From an uncultured Actinomycetes bacterium (GTDB lineage Bacteria > Actinomycetota > Thermoleophilia > Gaiellales > Gaiellaceae): a stretch of DNA of 64,000 nt. The stretch is from contig CAWGBO010000006.1 in assembly GCA_963820845.1 (NCBI GenBank), positions 137,838 through 201,837 on the forward strand. The letters are read 5' to 3'. Shown piece after piece: positions 18,909 through 31,289 of this stretch. Position 1 is the first letter of the stretch, and each line of letters opens with the position of its first letter. Below the pieces are notes generated by a model that saw only the letters and a list, made by a program, of their open reading frames with translations, was not told where the DNA came from and did no database searches. The translations under genes were made by a program, and so were the position numbers.

Positions 18909-18935
18909 GTGGAGGCGGCGGGAATCGAACCCGCG
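18909..18935. repeat. distal att repeat: 27-bp perfect copy of the ssrA 3' end
   Basis: GTGGAGGCGGCGGGAATCGAACCCGCG is identical to 24497-24523. Confidence 0.9.
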
Positions 18936-18983
18936 CAAGATTTCAACCGACTCAGCACCAGCGAGCGGGAATGCGGGGTTGGT

Positions 18984-21623
18984 CTATCCGAGCGGTTGGC
19001 GGGCGATGGCGCGTGGTTCGCGTCCGGCGAGTAGCCAACCGCTGACAGTGGCGACGAGGGGGAGTCCGACCACGATGGCGAGTAGTTCGGCGACGGGCGC
19101 CGGGCCGAGCGTGCTGCCGAGGCTGTTGTGCGCCCACGCGATGAGTCCGAGGTAGGCCGCTGTGGTGCCGAGTAGCGCACCGAGGAGTCCGAGGGTGCCG
19201 GCGGTGGCGGCGGCGAGCGTCCGGCGGGTGGTGCCGCTGGCGCCGGCGGCTGCGAGGACGCGCAGGTCGCTTGCGGATTCGCTGCGGATCAGGTCGACGG
19301 TCAGCGCCAGGACGACGAGGGCGAGGATGATGCTCGCCGCGGTCGCCTCGACTCGGATCGTCGCAAAGCTCGGTTTCCCGTTCGAGGTCTCGATGCGCGT
19401 TTCGGCGGCTAGTGCGAGCTGGCGGGCGGCGTTCTTCTGGGCTGGGATGAGCGGGCGGGCCGTCTGAATGAGCCAGCCGTTCGGAACGAGGTGCAAGTGG
19501 AGTGCGTGGACGGCGTGCTCAGTAATGAGGGTGTTTGGGGCCGACGTGCCAGACGGCAGGCTGCCGAAGGTCTGGATCTTTGGCCCCGGGATGCAGCGTG
19601 CCGCCGTGCAGTGGTAGCTCTCGGCGATGAGGTGGCCATCCGGGGTGGCGCGCTGGGAGATCTCGCCCGGGCCGAGTAGATCGAGGTCGGACACCGCTCC
19701 GAGGCCGCGGCGCGAGGTGACGATGTCGGTGTCGGGGTCGACCTGGGCAGGCTTGATTCCGTAGCCGCGCAGAAGCGTCGGTGTGGCGACGTAGAGGGCA
19801 CCCTGATAGTTGTCACCGTCTTTGCGTGCTGCCTCGGCGCGCGTGAGCGTGCCTGTGCTGGTCGCTTGCCATAGCGTGGCGCGTTGGTTGGTGGCGAGTC
19901 CGGCGAGGATGGTCGGCGGAACTGGTCCGAAGCAGCTCGGTGTGCTGGAGAGGCACGGCGTGGGCCGGAGCCGGCCGGCCGAGTCGAGCGCAACGACAAA
20001 CCGGGCACGGAACGACATGGCCAGGGAGGTCACTTGGGCCCGCAGGGCACGCCGCTCGGCGCCGGTCGGCTGGGGCCCGGCGCCGGTGTAGCCGCTTCCC
20101 GGGTCGTGGGGCTCGTAGACGATGAGCTGCTTCGAAGAGAGGTTGGGACCGTCGAACGTGAGCGGACTGGAAGATCTGACGCTGGCCAGGACGCTGGTCG
20201 CCACGGCCAGGAGGACGACGAAGGTGATCGCGGCGAGCGCGGGCCCCGACCGAGCTCGGTAACGACTGAGGTCACGTAGTGCGACCCGCACGGCGACGGG
20301 CGCGCGTCTGCACAGGACGGCCGGGGCACCGACGACAACGGGGGCGAGCAAGAGCGCCCCGAGCACTGTGGCGAAGATGCCGCCTACTGTGGTCCACCCG
20401 CCGGCGAACCGGAGACAGGCGAGCCCGGACACGAGAAGGACGATTCCGGGTACCGCGGAGCGGCGCGATGCTCGCTGAGAGGCGGGGCGCCCGGAGAGGG
20501 CCGCCACGACCGGGACGCGCGCGGCCGCGCGAGCGGGTCGCCAGGAGGCCGCCGTGGCGGTGACAACGGCCAAGGCCATCGCGACGGCGATCGCCCACCA
20601 GGGCAGGTTGGACCAGGCGACGCGGTGTTCGACCGTGCTCTGCAGGCGTGGCGCGTAGCCGATCCACGCGAGGAAGCCGACGGTGGCACCGATGAGCGTC
20701 CCGACGACGCCCACCACAAAGCCGTCGGTGACCATCACGAGTCGGACATGCCGATCGGTGGCGCCGAGTGCGCCGAGCATCCCGAGCGCACGCAGGCGTC
20801 GCTTTGCCGTCGCCGCGAATCCGGTGACCGCCATCAGGCCGATGAGGATCAACCCGAGCACGGCGACTACGAGCACGATCGTCGCAGGGGTGATCCGGTG
20901 CACGATCACCTTGCCCCCGTCGCCTGCCGGGCCACGCCTCTTCGGTGTCGGCCCACCGGCGAAATGGAGCCCCGCGATACGCCCTGCGGTCGCATCGAAC
21001 AGGAGGGTGACCTGGGTGGGGCGGTTGACCTGTCCCGGCGCGACGAGCGCGAACTGGTCGAGCAGGTTCGCGGGATCCTCGACCAGTCCGATGACCCGCC
21101 GCGTGTGTCCACCCAAGCGCCAGAGATCCCCGACCCGGAGATCGAGCTGAGACGCCACGCCGCTCGTCACGGCAACCTCGTCGGGGCCGGCGGGGTAGCG
21201 CCCGGACACCAGCGACAGCTTCGGCCGCCCGTAGCGGCCGAAGGGGTCCTGAGCGCGCAGCTCGGTGCTGCTGACCGAGCCGGCCACGGCGATCGCCTGG
21301 TCTTCGATGACGTCGACTGGACCGAAGCGCCGCTGTGCGGCCGCCATGTCTTGCGCCAGGTGACGATCGCTGCCGGGCAGGGTGAGCAACGCATCAGCGG
21401 TACCGAACGCCGCCACGGTCGCCGTCGACGGCGCGTTGTAGGCGATCGCGGTTGCCATAACGGTCGCCGCGACCGCAATGGCCACCAGCGCGACCACGAG
21501 AATCTGCTGGCGCCACTCGCGGCGGAAAAGCCGCCACGCCCAGCGGACTACGGCGCGGCGGGCCGCGACGCCGCCGGTCACGGCGCGCGCCCGGACCGGA
21601 CGCCCGCGCAGCGCGGTGCTCAC
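18984..21623 (-). CDS. ABC transporter permease, FtsX/MacB-like with two FtsX domains
   Basis: 879-aa intact ORF with two 4-TM blocks separated by large extracytoplasmic regions. It overlaps the ATPase gene by 4 nt. Confidence 0.8.
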   Translation of the reverse strand: MSTALRGRPVRARAVTGGVAARRAVVRWAWRLFRREWRQQILVVALVAIAVAATVMATAIAYNAPSTATVAAFGTADALLTLPGSDRHLAQDMAAAQRRFGPVDVIEDQAIAVAGSVSSTELRAQDPFGRYGRPKLSLVSGRYPAGPDEVAVTSGVASQLDLRVGDLWRLGGHTRRVIGLVEDPANLLDQFALVAPGQVNRPTQVTLLFDATAGRIAGLHFAGGPTPKRRGPAGDGGKVIVHRITPATIVLVVAVLGLILIGLMAVTGFAATAKRRLRALGMLGALGATDRHVRLVMVTDGFVVGVVGTLIGATVGFLAWIGYAPRLQSTVEHRVAWSNLPWWAIAVAMALAVVTATAASWRPARAAARVPVVAALSGRPASQRASRRSAVPGIVLLVSGLACLRFAGGWTTVGGIFATVLGALLLAPVVVGAPAVLCRRAPVAVRVALRDLSRYRARSGPALAAITFVVLLAVATSVLASVRSSSPLTFDGPNLSSKQLIVYEPHDPGSGYTGAGPQPTGAERRALRAQVTSLAMSFRARFVVALDSAGRLRPTPCLSSTPSCFGPVPPTILAGLATNQRATLWQATSTGTLTRAEAARKDGDNYQGALYVATPTLLRGYGIKPAQVDPDTDIVTSRRGLGAVSDLDLLGPGEISQRATPDGHLIAESYHCTAARCIPGPKIQTFGSLPSGTSAPNTLITEHAVHALHLHLVPNGWLIQTARPLIPAQKNAARQLALAAETRIETSNGKPSFATIRVEATAASIILALVVLALTVDLIRSESASDLRVLAAAGASGTTRRTLAAATAGTLGLLGALLGTTAAYLGLIAWAHNSLGSTLGPAPVAELLAIVVGLPLVATVSGWLLAGREPRAIARQPLG

Positions 21624-22345
21624 CCGCTCTGCCCGGGACCCGCGAGCAGCGACTCGGGGCCTGGCGCCGGTGAGGTCTGGTCGACGAGGCGGCCGTCGCG
21701 CAGAAACACCACCCGGTCGGCCCAGGAGGCGAGCTGCGCGTCGTGAGTGACCACGACGGCAGCCACGCCGCGCTCGCAGGCCTCGTGGAGCAGGCGCATC
21801 ACGTCCTCCGCCTTCACCGAGTCGAGTGCGCCGGACGGCTCGTCGGCAAGGAGGAGCCGCCGGTCCCCCACCACCGCGCGGGCGATGGCTACTCGTTGAC
21901 GCTCGCCGCCGGACAGCTCGTCTGGGAACCGGGCTGCGCGGCCGTCCAACCCGAGCCCCTCTAGAGCTCGCAGTGCTGCCTGGCGGGCAGCCTTGCCAGC
22001 GACACCGTCGAGCTCGAGCGGCAAGGCGACGTTCTCGGCCGCGGTCAGCCCCGCAAGCAGGTTAAAGTCCTGGAACACGTAGCCGATTGCGCGGCGCCGC
22101 AGCCTGGCCTTGGCGTTGCGCGACATCCCTGACAGCGCGGCCCCATCAACCAGCACCTCCCCGCTGGTGGCTTCTTCCAAGCTTCCGGCGATCGTCAGCA
22201 GCGTTGTCTTGCCCGAGCCGCTCGGACCCATGACGGCGACCATCTCGCCGGCCTCGACGGAGAGGTCGACACCACTCAAAGCACGCACCTCCGCCGGCCC
22301 CTCGCCGTAGACCTTCGACACCCCGCGGAGCTCCAACATGCTCAT
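21620..22345 (-). CDS. ABC transporter ATP-binding protein (MacB/LolD-type)
   Basis: Walker A GPSGSGKTTLL, signature LSGGERQRVAIARA and Walker B LLLADEPSGALD. Confidence 0.9.
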   Translation of the reverse strand: MSMLELRGVSKVYGEGPAEVRALSGVDLSVEAGEMVAVMGPSGSGKTTLLTIAGSLEEATSGEVLVDGAALSGMSRNAKARLRRRAIGYVFQDFNLLAGLTAAENVALPLELDGVAGKAARQAALRALEGLGLDGRAARFPDELSGGERQRVAIARAVVGDRRLLLADEPSGALDSVKAEDVMRLLHEACERGVAAVVVTHDAQLASWADRVVFLRDGRLVDQTSPAPGPESLLAGPGQSG

Positions 22346-22923
22346 CGGCGGACCCCTACCCCGCGTCGCGGCCGCGGCGGCGGCGCGGAAACGGGGCCGG
22401 GAGCCTCGACGGCGGCGCGCCTGAGGCGGCCCTCGGCGGCGTCCAGCCAGCGGATGACCGCGTCCAGCCGAAACAGCTCTGCGTCGACAACCAAGGCCAG
22501 CCCCAAGTCAAGAGCGGCCTCATCCTCCTTGATCCGCGTCCACCCCTGCATCAGTTCGACGACGTACCGCCGGTGAGCCTGGATGACCGCGTGGACGTCG
22601 ATGCCTGGCACCCGCACCGCCACCAGCACCTTCATCACGAGCTCATCCCGCGGGGGCGTCGCCAGGTCCGGCTGGCTGCGCAGCCAGCCGGCGAGCACCT
22701 CCTCGCCGCCGGCCGTGATCCGAAACCACTTCTGCGGGCCATCCTCACCCGTGCCATCCGACTCGACCAGCCCGTCGCGTTCGAGCCGCTGCAGCGTCGT
22801 GTAGACCTGGCCGATGTTCAGCGGCCACACATCGCCCGTCCTCGCCTCGAACTCCTCGCGCAGCCGCAGCCCGTACTTAGGCCCCTCGCTCAGCAGCGCC
22901 AGCAAGGCATGGGGGACGCTCAT
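22342..22923 (-). CDS. PadR-family transcriptional regulator
   Basis: ALLALLSEGPKYGLRLREEFEARTGDVWPLNIGQVYTTLQRLERDGLV. It is first in the operon with the ABC genes. Confidence 0.85.
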   Translation of the reverse strand: MSVPHALLALLSEGPKYGLRLREEFEARTGDVWPLNIGQVYTTLQRLERDGLVESDGTGEDGPQKWFRITAGGEEVLAGWLRSQPDLATPPRDELVMKVLVAVRVPGIDVHAVIQAHRRYVVELMQGWTRIKEDEAALDLGLALVVDAELFRLDAVIRWLDAAEGRLRRAAVEAPGPVSAPPPRPRRGVGVRR

Positions 22924-22948
22924 GACTCGCGGCCGCCGCGTACCATGC

Positions 22949-22975
22949 GGAGTAGGATACTCAGTATTCTACTCC
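22949..22975. promoter_or_regulatory. 27-bp near-perfect palindrome upstream of padR (candidate operator)
   Basis: GGAGTAGgATACTcAGTATtCTACTCC lies 26 nt upstream of the padR start codon. Confidence 0.45.
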
Positions 22976-23408
22976 AGTCAAGCGGTCGCTCAGATGGAAT
23001 CCGCTTGAACCGAGGCGGCCAGTCAACGGGTGAGAAATCGCGCCTTCGGTCGCGGCCCCGATCGACCGGTGCGTCCAGGGACGAAGCGGCGGCACCCCGT
23101 AGGAGTGGCGCTCCGTCCCTGAGCCGGCCGGACACGGATCCCGCACTGGTATCTCCCGTGGGATTGCTTGGACCGGTAACACCTCGCCGCACCCAACGTG
23201 CAAGCGCTACACGCGCGACGGCGATATCCGTTGGTGGCTTCATGGGCCACGCGGTTGCGCGCGCGGAGCGTCGTCAAGGCACCAGCCGACCCCGGAGGGG
23301 TTGACGACGTGAGCACGGGCGGTATGACCGTGGGGCTGGAGGTCACCGATGGAGGTGCTGTTTCGCCTAGCGCACTGTCGGTCCACGGTCCTACGGTGTG
23401 ACTTGCCG

Positions 23409-24449
23409 ATGGAGCCGATCCGCGACAGTGCTTTCCGTCCCACGCAATTGACGCTCGCGGAGGCGGCCGTGACGATGCGAGCCGCGGTGAAGGACAAGTC
23501 GTACCGAGCAACGCCCGTTGGCCTTCTCGTCGGGCGGTTATCTTCGCTGGTTCCGGAACGAGTGGGGCGCGACACCCGCGACGATCCGCGACTACGAGGC
23601 GATCCTGGCGCGAATGTCGCTCACGCTGGCCGACCGTGACCCGCTGGAGGTGACGTTGGACGACCTGCGCGACGTGATCGACCTGTGGGCTGATCGCGAG
23701 GCGCGCACGCGGGCGAAGGTTACGTCCGTTGTGCGAGCGTTCTGGACGTGGGCTGAAGATGACGACCAAGTGCCGTTCTCTCCGGCGGCAAAGCTGCGTC
23801 GGCCCCGAGCTCCGATGAAGGCCGCACCACTTCCGCGAAATACTGACGCCCGACTGCTCAACGCATCGCCTATCGCCCGCGACCGCGTGGCGCTTCTCTT
23901 CCTGCTCGACCTCGGGCTCCGACGCGCGGAGCTGGCGGGCGTGCAGCCGCGTGACTTTGATCTCGGGCGACGGCAGGTGACTGTCTTTGGCAAGAGCCAG
24001 AAAAGTCGGGTCATCCCGCTCCGCGGCCGAATCGTGCTGGAGATCGAGCGGTATCTCCTGGAGACACTTCCGCACGTTGACCGAACGCCGGAGCCCGATG
24101 GCTTCTTGCTCTACCCCGAAAAGCGCGGCGCTGGTGGACGGATCCTCGCCGCCTATCCGAAGAAGCGGATGAGCGTGCCGACTACCCATCGGTGGTGGTA
24201 CCGGCGGCTCCAGGCGGCCGAGCTTGTCGGCGAGGGGATGACGAGCGGGATGAACATGCACCGCGCGCGACATACGTTCGCGACTGACCTTCGGCGCGTG
24301 GCCGATCTCGGCTCCGCGTCTCAAGCGCTCGTCACAGCCACCTCTCGACCACGGCGCGGATCCACGGCCACTACGACCTGAGCGACCTGGAGCGGGCTAT
24401 GGAGGCATTCGCACGTGCCCGGAGGGATGAAGTAGAGCCGGCCGACTGA
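23409..24449 (+). pseudogene. tyrosine recombinase/phage-type integrase, two apparent frameshifts (near 23530 and 24330)
   Basis: Three frames must be joined. They read MEPIRDSAFRPTQLTLAEAA..., then YLRWFRNEWGATPATIRDYE...LLFLLDLGLRRAELAGV...HRARHTFAT..., then GHSHLSTTARIHGHYDLSDLERAM...*. At 24330 CTCGTCAC reads as CTCGGTCAC with one G missing. Confidence 0.75.
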
Positions 24450-24495
24450 AATCGTTTCAATCGACCGGCTCTAGGAATGGCTCTACTGAGCCGAA

Positions 24496-24856
24496 GGTGG
24501 AGGCGGCGGGAATCGAACCCGCGTCCGCGGACGCACCGACAAAGCGTCTACAAGCGTAGTCCGCACTTGGATCTCGTCCGGCGGCCGGAGTGCGAACGCC
24601 CAACCGACGGACCAGCCATCCTGAAGTCTTGCGCCGCCGGCGATTGGCTCTCCTTTGGCGCGAAGCCCGTTAGTTGACGCCGCTACCCGAACCACGGGCC
24701 GAATCCGGAGCGACGCGCTAGGTAACTAGGTTACGCAGCGAGTGCGAGTTGGTTATCCGCACTTACTTGGTTTCCCGGTGGATTTACGAGGCCGACCGGG
24801 GACCTCGGCTTGCAGCTCTGCCGGAGAACCGACCACGTCGAAACCAGGTCGCCCCC
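24496..24856 (-). ncRNA. ssrA: tmRNA (transfer-messenger RNA)
   Basis: The minus-strand RNA starts GGGGGCGACCTGGTTTCGACG and ends GGACGCGGGTTCGATTCCCGCCGCCTCCACC. It has an Ala-type acceptor with G3:U70 and a T-arm. The tag ORF is GCG GAT AAC CAA CTC GCA CTC GCT GCG TAA (24760-24731). Confidence 0.9.
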
Positions 24857-24883
24857 GTATGTGTTCGACCGTATTGTAGCTGC

Positions 24884-25828
24884 GTGGCCGAGATCCGCCC
24901 CGCCCGCGACGAGGAGCTCGAGCGCTGGCTCGCGATTCGCAACGCCGTTCTCCCGGAGGACGCGATCGCGATCGAGGATCTCCGCTCGTGGATGTCGGCG
25001 ACCGAGCAGGCGCGCCTGCTCGCGCTCGAGGACGGCGAGCCCGTCGCGGCCGGGCTTGCGGTGAGTGACCCGTGGCGGCCGCATCCCGTCGCCGCCCCGC
25101 TCGTCCCCGTCGAGCACCGCGGCCGCGGGCTCGGGTCGGCGCTCCTCGCCGAGCTCTCGCGCTGGGCGACCGCGAACGGCGCAGCGGCGCTCCTCGCGGA
25201 GGTCGAGCTCGGCGACGAGGCGAGCCTCGGCTTCGCCGAGCGGCGCGGCTTCACCGAGATCGGCCGCAACCTGAAGGTCGAGCTCGACCTGCTCGCGCCG
25301 CTGCTGCAGCTCGACCCGCCGGACGGCGTCGAGATCGTCACATGGGCGAAGCGGCCCGACCTCGTCCGCGGGATCTACGAGGTCTACCGCGAGGGCAGCC
25401 CCGACATTCCCGGCCAGGAGGACACCGAGCCCGAGAGCTTCGACGAGTGGCTCGCCCACGACATGTCCGGCTCGGGCGACAGCCCGGAGTGGACGTTCGT
25501 CGCGGTCGCCGGCGACGAGGTGGTCGGCTACTCGAAGTGGTCGCTGACGACCGCGCAGCCCGCGACCGCCCACCACGACCTCACCGCCGTCAAGCGCGCG
25601 TGGCGCGGACGCGGGATCGCGGGCGCGCTCAAGAGCGCGCAGCTCGCCTGGGCGAAGGACAACCGCTACCTGAAGGCCGCCACGAACAACGAGGAGCGGA
25701 ACGCGCCGATCCGGCGGCTCAACGAGCGCTTCGGCTACCGCCCGGCGGGCGGGACCCTGCTGCTGCGCGGGCCGCTCGTCACTCCAGCCGGAAGACCGGG
25801 TGGTCGGCCGGGTCGGGCAGCTGCTTGA
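24884..25828 (+). CDS. double-GNAT acetyltransferase (MshD-like architecture)
   Basis: GTG 24884. There are two GNAT cores: VEHRGRGLGSALLAEL and RAWRGRGIAGALKSAQ. The upstream part of the tracked ORF overlaps ssrA. Confidence 0.65.
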   Translation: MAEIRPARDEELERWLAIRNAVLPEDAIAIEDLRSWMSATEQARLLALEDGEPVAAGLAVSDPWRPHPVAAPLVPVEHRGRGLGSALLAELSRWATANGAAALLAEVELGDEASLGFAERRGFTEIGRNLKVELDLLAPLLQLDPPDGVEIVTWAKRPDLVRGIYEVYREGSPDIPGQEDTEPESFDEWLAHDMSGSGDSPEWTFVAVAGDEVVGYSKWSLTTAQPATAHHDLTAVKRAWRGRGIAGALKSAQLAWAKDNRYLKAATNNEERNAPIRRLNERFGYRPAGGTLLLRGPLVTPAGRPGGRPGRAAA

Positions 25829-26168
25829 AGTAGCGCTCGACCTCGCGGCCGGCCTTGGCGCGGTAGGCGGCGATCACCGGTGGCCGCTCCTCGACCGGAA
25901 GCTCCGTGACGCTGACCGTCTGCGACTCACCCTTGCGCCGGATCTCGGCCGCGCCCGCGGCGCGGAGGTTCTTGACCCAGTCCGACTCGCCGCGCGTCGA
26001 GACGAGGTACCGCGCGCCCTCGTGCTCGACCGGGATCACCGGCACGGACTGCTCGGTGCCGCTCTTGCGGCCACGCACCACGATCGTGACCGTGCCGAAC
26101 GGGTTGAACTTCATCACGAGCGGATTGAAGACCTTCCGCGTGATCGCGCCGGGCTTCAGGTACGCCAT
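25779..26168 (-). CDS. deazaflavin(F420)-dependent nitroreductase-family (Ddn-like) protein
   Basis: From ATG 26168: FNPLVMKFNPFG...VRGRKSGTEQSVPVIPVEHEGARYLVSTRGESDWVKNLRAAG. Confidence 0.65.
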   Translation of the reverse strand: MAYLKPGAITRKVFNPLVMKFNPFGTVTIVVRGRKSGTEQSVPVIPVEHEGARYLVSTRGESDWVKNLRAAGAAEIRRKGESQTVSVTELPVEERPPVIAAYRAKAGREVERYFKQLPDPADHPVFRLE

Positions 26169-26169
26169 C

Positions 26170-27002
26170 TCAGCCCGCCTGCGCCTGCTCGACCGCGCGC
26201 TTCGTGAGCACGCGGGCGAGGTGCTGGCGGAAGTCGGCGCTCGCCGCGAGTGTCGGACGGCGGCGAGGTGTCCCTCGGCCGCCCCTCTCACCGGCCGCAA
26301 CGCGCGCCCCTCCGCGAGCGCCGACTCGGCCGTCCGGGCGCGCAGCGGCGTCGCGGCCCATGTTCGCGAGCGCGATCGCGCCGCCGCCGTTCTCGACGCG
26401 ACCACCGCCACGCCGACCGTCGCCCAGTCCTGCGCGCGCCGGCTGAACTTCACGTAGGCCGTGCCCGAGCCGCCGTGCTTGCGGCACGCGGATCGCGGTC
26501 AGCATCGTCCTGCGGGCCGAGCGCCGTCTCGAAGACGCCCTGTGAAGAAGTCGGCGGCCGGGACGAACCGCTCGCTCGCCCGCGCCGACGACGACGCATC
26601 TCCGCGTCGAGCGCGAGCAGGCACGCGGGCAGGTCGGAGGCCGGGTCGCCGTGCGCGACGGAGCCGCCGATCGTGCCGCGGTGGCGCACCTGCGGGTCGC
26701 CGATCTGCGCCGCCGCGGCCGCGAGCAGCGGCAGCGCTCCTGCGACGCAGCGTCGCTCGGTCGCGAGGTCGTGGTGGCGCGTGAGCGCGCCGATCGCGAT
26801 CGCGTCGCCGTCGTCGCGGACGTAGCTCAGCTCCGCGAGCCGGCCGATGTCGACGAGCAGCGCCGGGCCGCGCGACCCGGAGCTTCATCAGCGGCAGCAG
26901 CGAGTGGCCGCCGGCGAGCAGCTTCGCGTCGTCGCGCGAGCCGAGCAGCTCGACCGCGTCCGGCGACGGACTCGGCGACCTCGTAGTCGAACGCGGCGGG
27001 GA

Positions 27003-27006
<4 letters not shown>
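26170..27006 (-). pseudogene. CO-dehydrogenase/xanthine-dehydrogenase family FAD-binding medium subunit (CoxM-like), multiple frameshifts
   Basis: Fragments in at least 4 frames: [14 protein letters not shown]; [20 protein letters not shown]; RHRGTIGGSVAHGDPASDLPACLLALDAE; KFSRRAQDWATVGVAV; SADFRQHLARVLTKRAVEQA*. Confidence 0.7.
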
Positions 27007-29390
<2,384 letters not shown>

Positions 29391-29393
29391 GAC

Positions 29394-29859
<466 letters not shown>

Positions 29860-29913
29860 CGGGGCGGCCTCCTGACTCGGCTGGAACCAGCTCGACTAGC
29901 CTACTCCTCAACG

Positions 29914-30825
29914 ATGGGCGTGCAAATCAGCGAGATTCACGAGGACGAGCTCGAGCGCTGGGTGGCGGTGTACGAACGCGGCCACGGCGCGACCGGCCAC
30001 GGTGGAGGAGTTCCTGGACTGGAAACGGCAGGCACGCGAGACGATCTGGCTGCTCGCCTCGGACGGGACGCGAGGACCTCGGCATCGCGGTCGGGATCGG
30101 CGGCTGGCACGAGCCGCCCGGGGTCGCCCGCGCCGAGCTCGAGGTGAACGCGCAAGCGCGAGGGCGCGGCGCCGGGAGCGCGCTGCTGGCGGGGCTCGGC
30201 GCCTGGGCCCGGGAGCTCGGGTACGCCGAGCTGCTGGTCGAGGTTCAGGAGGCCGACGAAGCGAGCCTCGCCTGGGCCGAGAGACGCGGGTTCACCGTGT
30301 TCGCCCGGCATCCGCGGCTCGTGCTGGAGCTGGCGGGAGTCGAGGCGCCCGAGGTGGCGCCGCCGGAGGGAATCGAGATCGTGACCTGGGCCGAGCGCCC
30401 GGAGCTCGCGCCCGGGCTCTACGCCGTCGCCCGCGAGGCGTACACCGACGTCCCCGACGGCGAGGACGCGGTGCTGCCGCCGTTCGAGGAGTGGCTCTCG
30501 ATGGACATGCAGGGGGCCGGCGACCGTCCCGAGGGGACCTTCGTCGCGCTGGCCGGCGACGAGGTGGTGGGCTACGCGAAGCTGCATTTCCCGGCCGCGG
30601 CGCCGGAGCTCGCTCAACCACGACATGACCGGAGTGCTGCGAGCGTGGCGCCGCCGCGGGATCGCGGGCGCCCTGAAGCGAGCCGAGATCGCCTGGGCGA
30701 AGGAGAACGGCTACGAGAAGCTCTCGACGGGAAACGAGGAGCGCAACGAGCCGATCCGCAAGCTCAACGAGCAGTACGGCTACGTGCTGGGGCCCGGCAC
30801 CGTGAACGTGCGCGGCGCGGTCTAG
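29914..30825 (+). pseudogene. double-GNAT acetyltransferase, paralog of 24884-25828, at least 3 frameshifts
   Basis: [19 protein letters not shown]...; VEEFLDWKRQARETIWLLASDG; NAQARGRGAGSALLAGL...IEIVTWAERPEL...; MTGVLRAWRRRGIAGALKRAEIAWAKENGY...NVRGAV*. It aligns along its length with the first GNAT gene. Confidence 0.65.
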
Positions 30826-31286
30826 CGGCGCCGCGAGAGCTCGCGCTGGATCTGGCGGTCGGCGTCGCGCTTCGAGATGTCGCGGCGCTTGTCGTGGAGG
30901 TCCTTGCCCTTCGCGAGCGCGAGCTCGACCTTGGCGCGCCCGTCCTTGAAGTAGAGGCGGGTCGGCACGAGGGTGAGCCCCTTCTCGCGCACCTGCGCAT
31001 GGAGCGTGTCGATCTCGCGCTGGTGGAGCAGGAGCTTGCGGTCGCGGTCGGGATCGTGGTTCTGGATGTTCCCCTGGTCGTAGACCGCGATGTGCAGCCC
31101 GATCAGCCAGACCTCGTTGCCGCGGACGTCGGCGTAGGCCTGCCGCACCTGGACGCGGCCCTCGCGGAGCGACTTCACCTCGGTGCCGGTGAGCACCATC
31201 CCCGCCTCGACGCGGTCCAGCAACTGGTAGTCGTGCCGCGCACGGCGGTTGTCGACGATCAGCTTCTCTCCCTTTGCCCGCGCCAT
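30822..31286 (-). CDS. smpB: SsrA-binding protein SmpB
   Basis: Intact 154 aa: NRRARHDYQLLDRVEAGMVLTGTEVKSLREG...LLLHQREIDTL...GLTLVPTRLYFKDGRAKVELALAKGK. Confidence 0.95.
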   Translation of the reverse strand: MARAKGEKLIVDNRRARHDYQLLDRVEAGMVLTGTEVKSLREGRVQVRQAYADVRGNEVWLIGLHIAVYDQGNIQNHDPDRDRKLLLHQREIDTLHAQVREKGLTLVPTRLYFKDGRAKVELALAKGKDLHDKRRDISKRDADRQIQRELSRRR

Positions 31287-31289
31287 CGT

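Larger units (their letters stand above)
18909..24523. mobile_element. about 5.6-kb integrative islet inserted in the 3' end of ssrA
   Basis: A perfect 27-bp direct repeat sits at both ends. The tyrosine integrase gene ends 47 nt from the ssrA 3' end. Cargo is a PadR regulator, an ABC ATPase and an FtsX-type permease. Confidence 0.75.

Noticed and set aside
18909-18990. T-arm/acceptor-like sequence (GCGGGTTCGATTCCCGCCGCCTCCAC on the minus strand) that could be a tRNA gene
   Set aside because: No complementary 5' acceptor strand (GGAGGCG), D-arm or anticodon arm exists in the 70 nt upstream. The region runs into the 3' end of the permease CDS. It is a duplicated 27-bp piece of ssrA (an att site).
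24873-24878. TACAAT (minus strand) as the ssrA -10 promoter element
   Set aside because: The position is plausible (16 nt upstream of the mature 5' end). No acceptable -35 was found, and the site lies at the start of the divergent GNAT gene. This is too weak to list as a feature.
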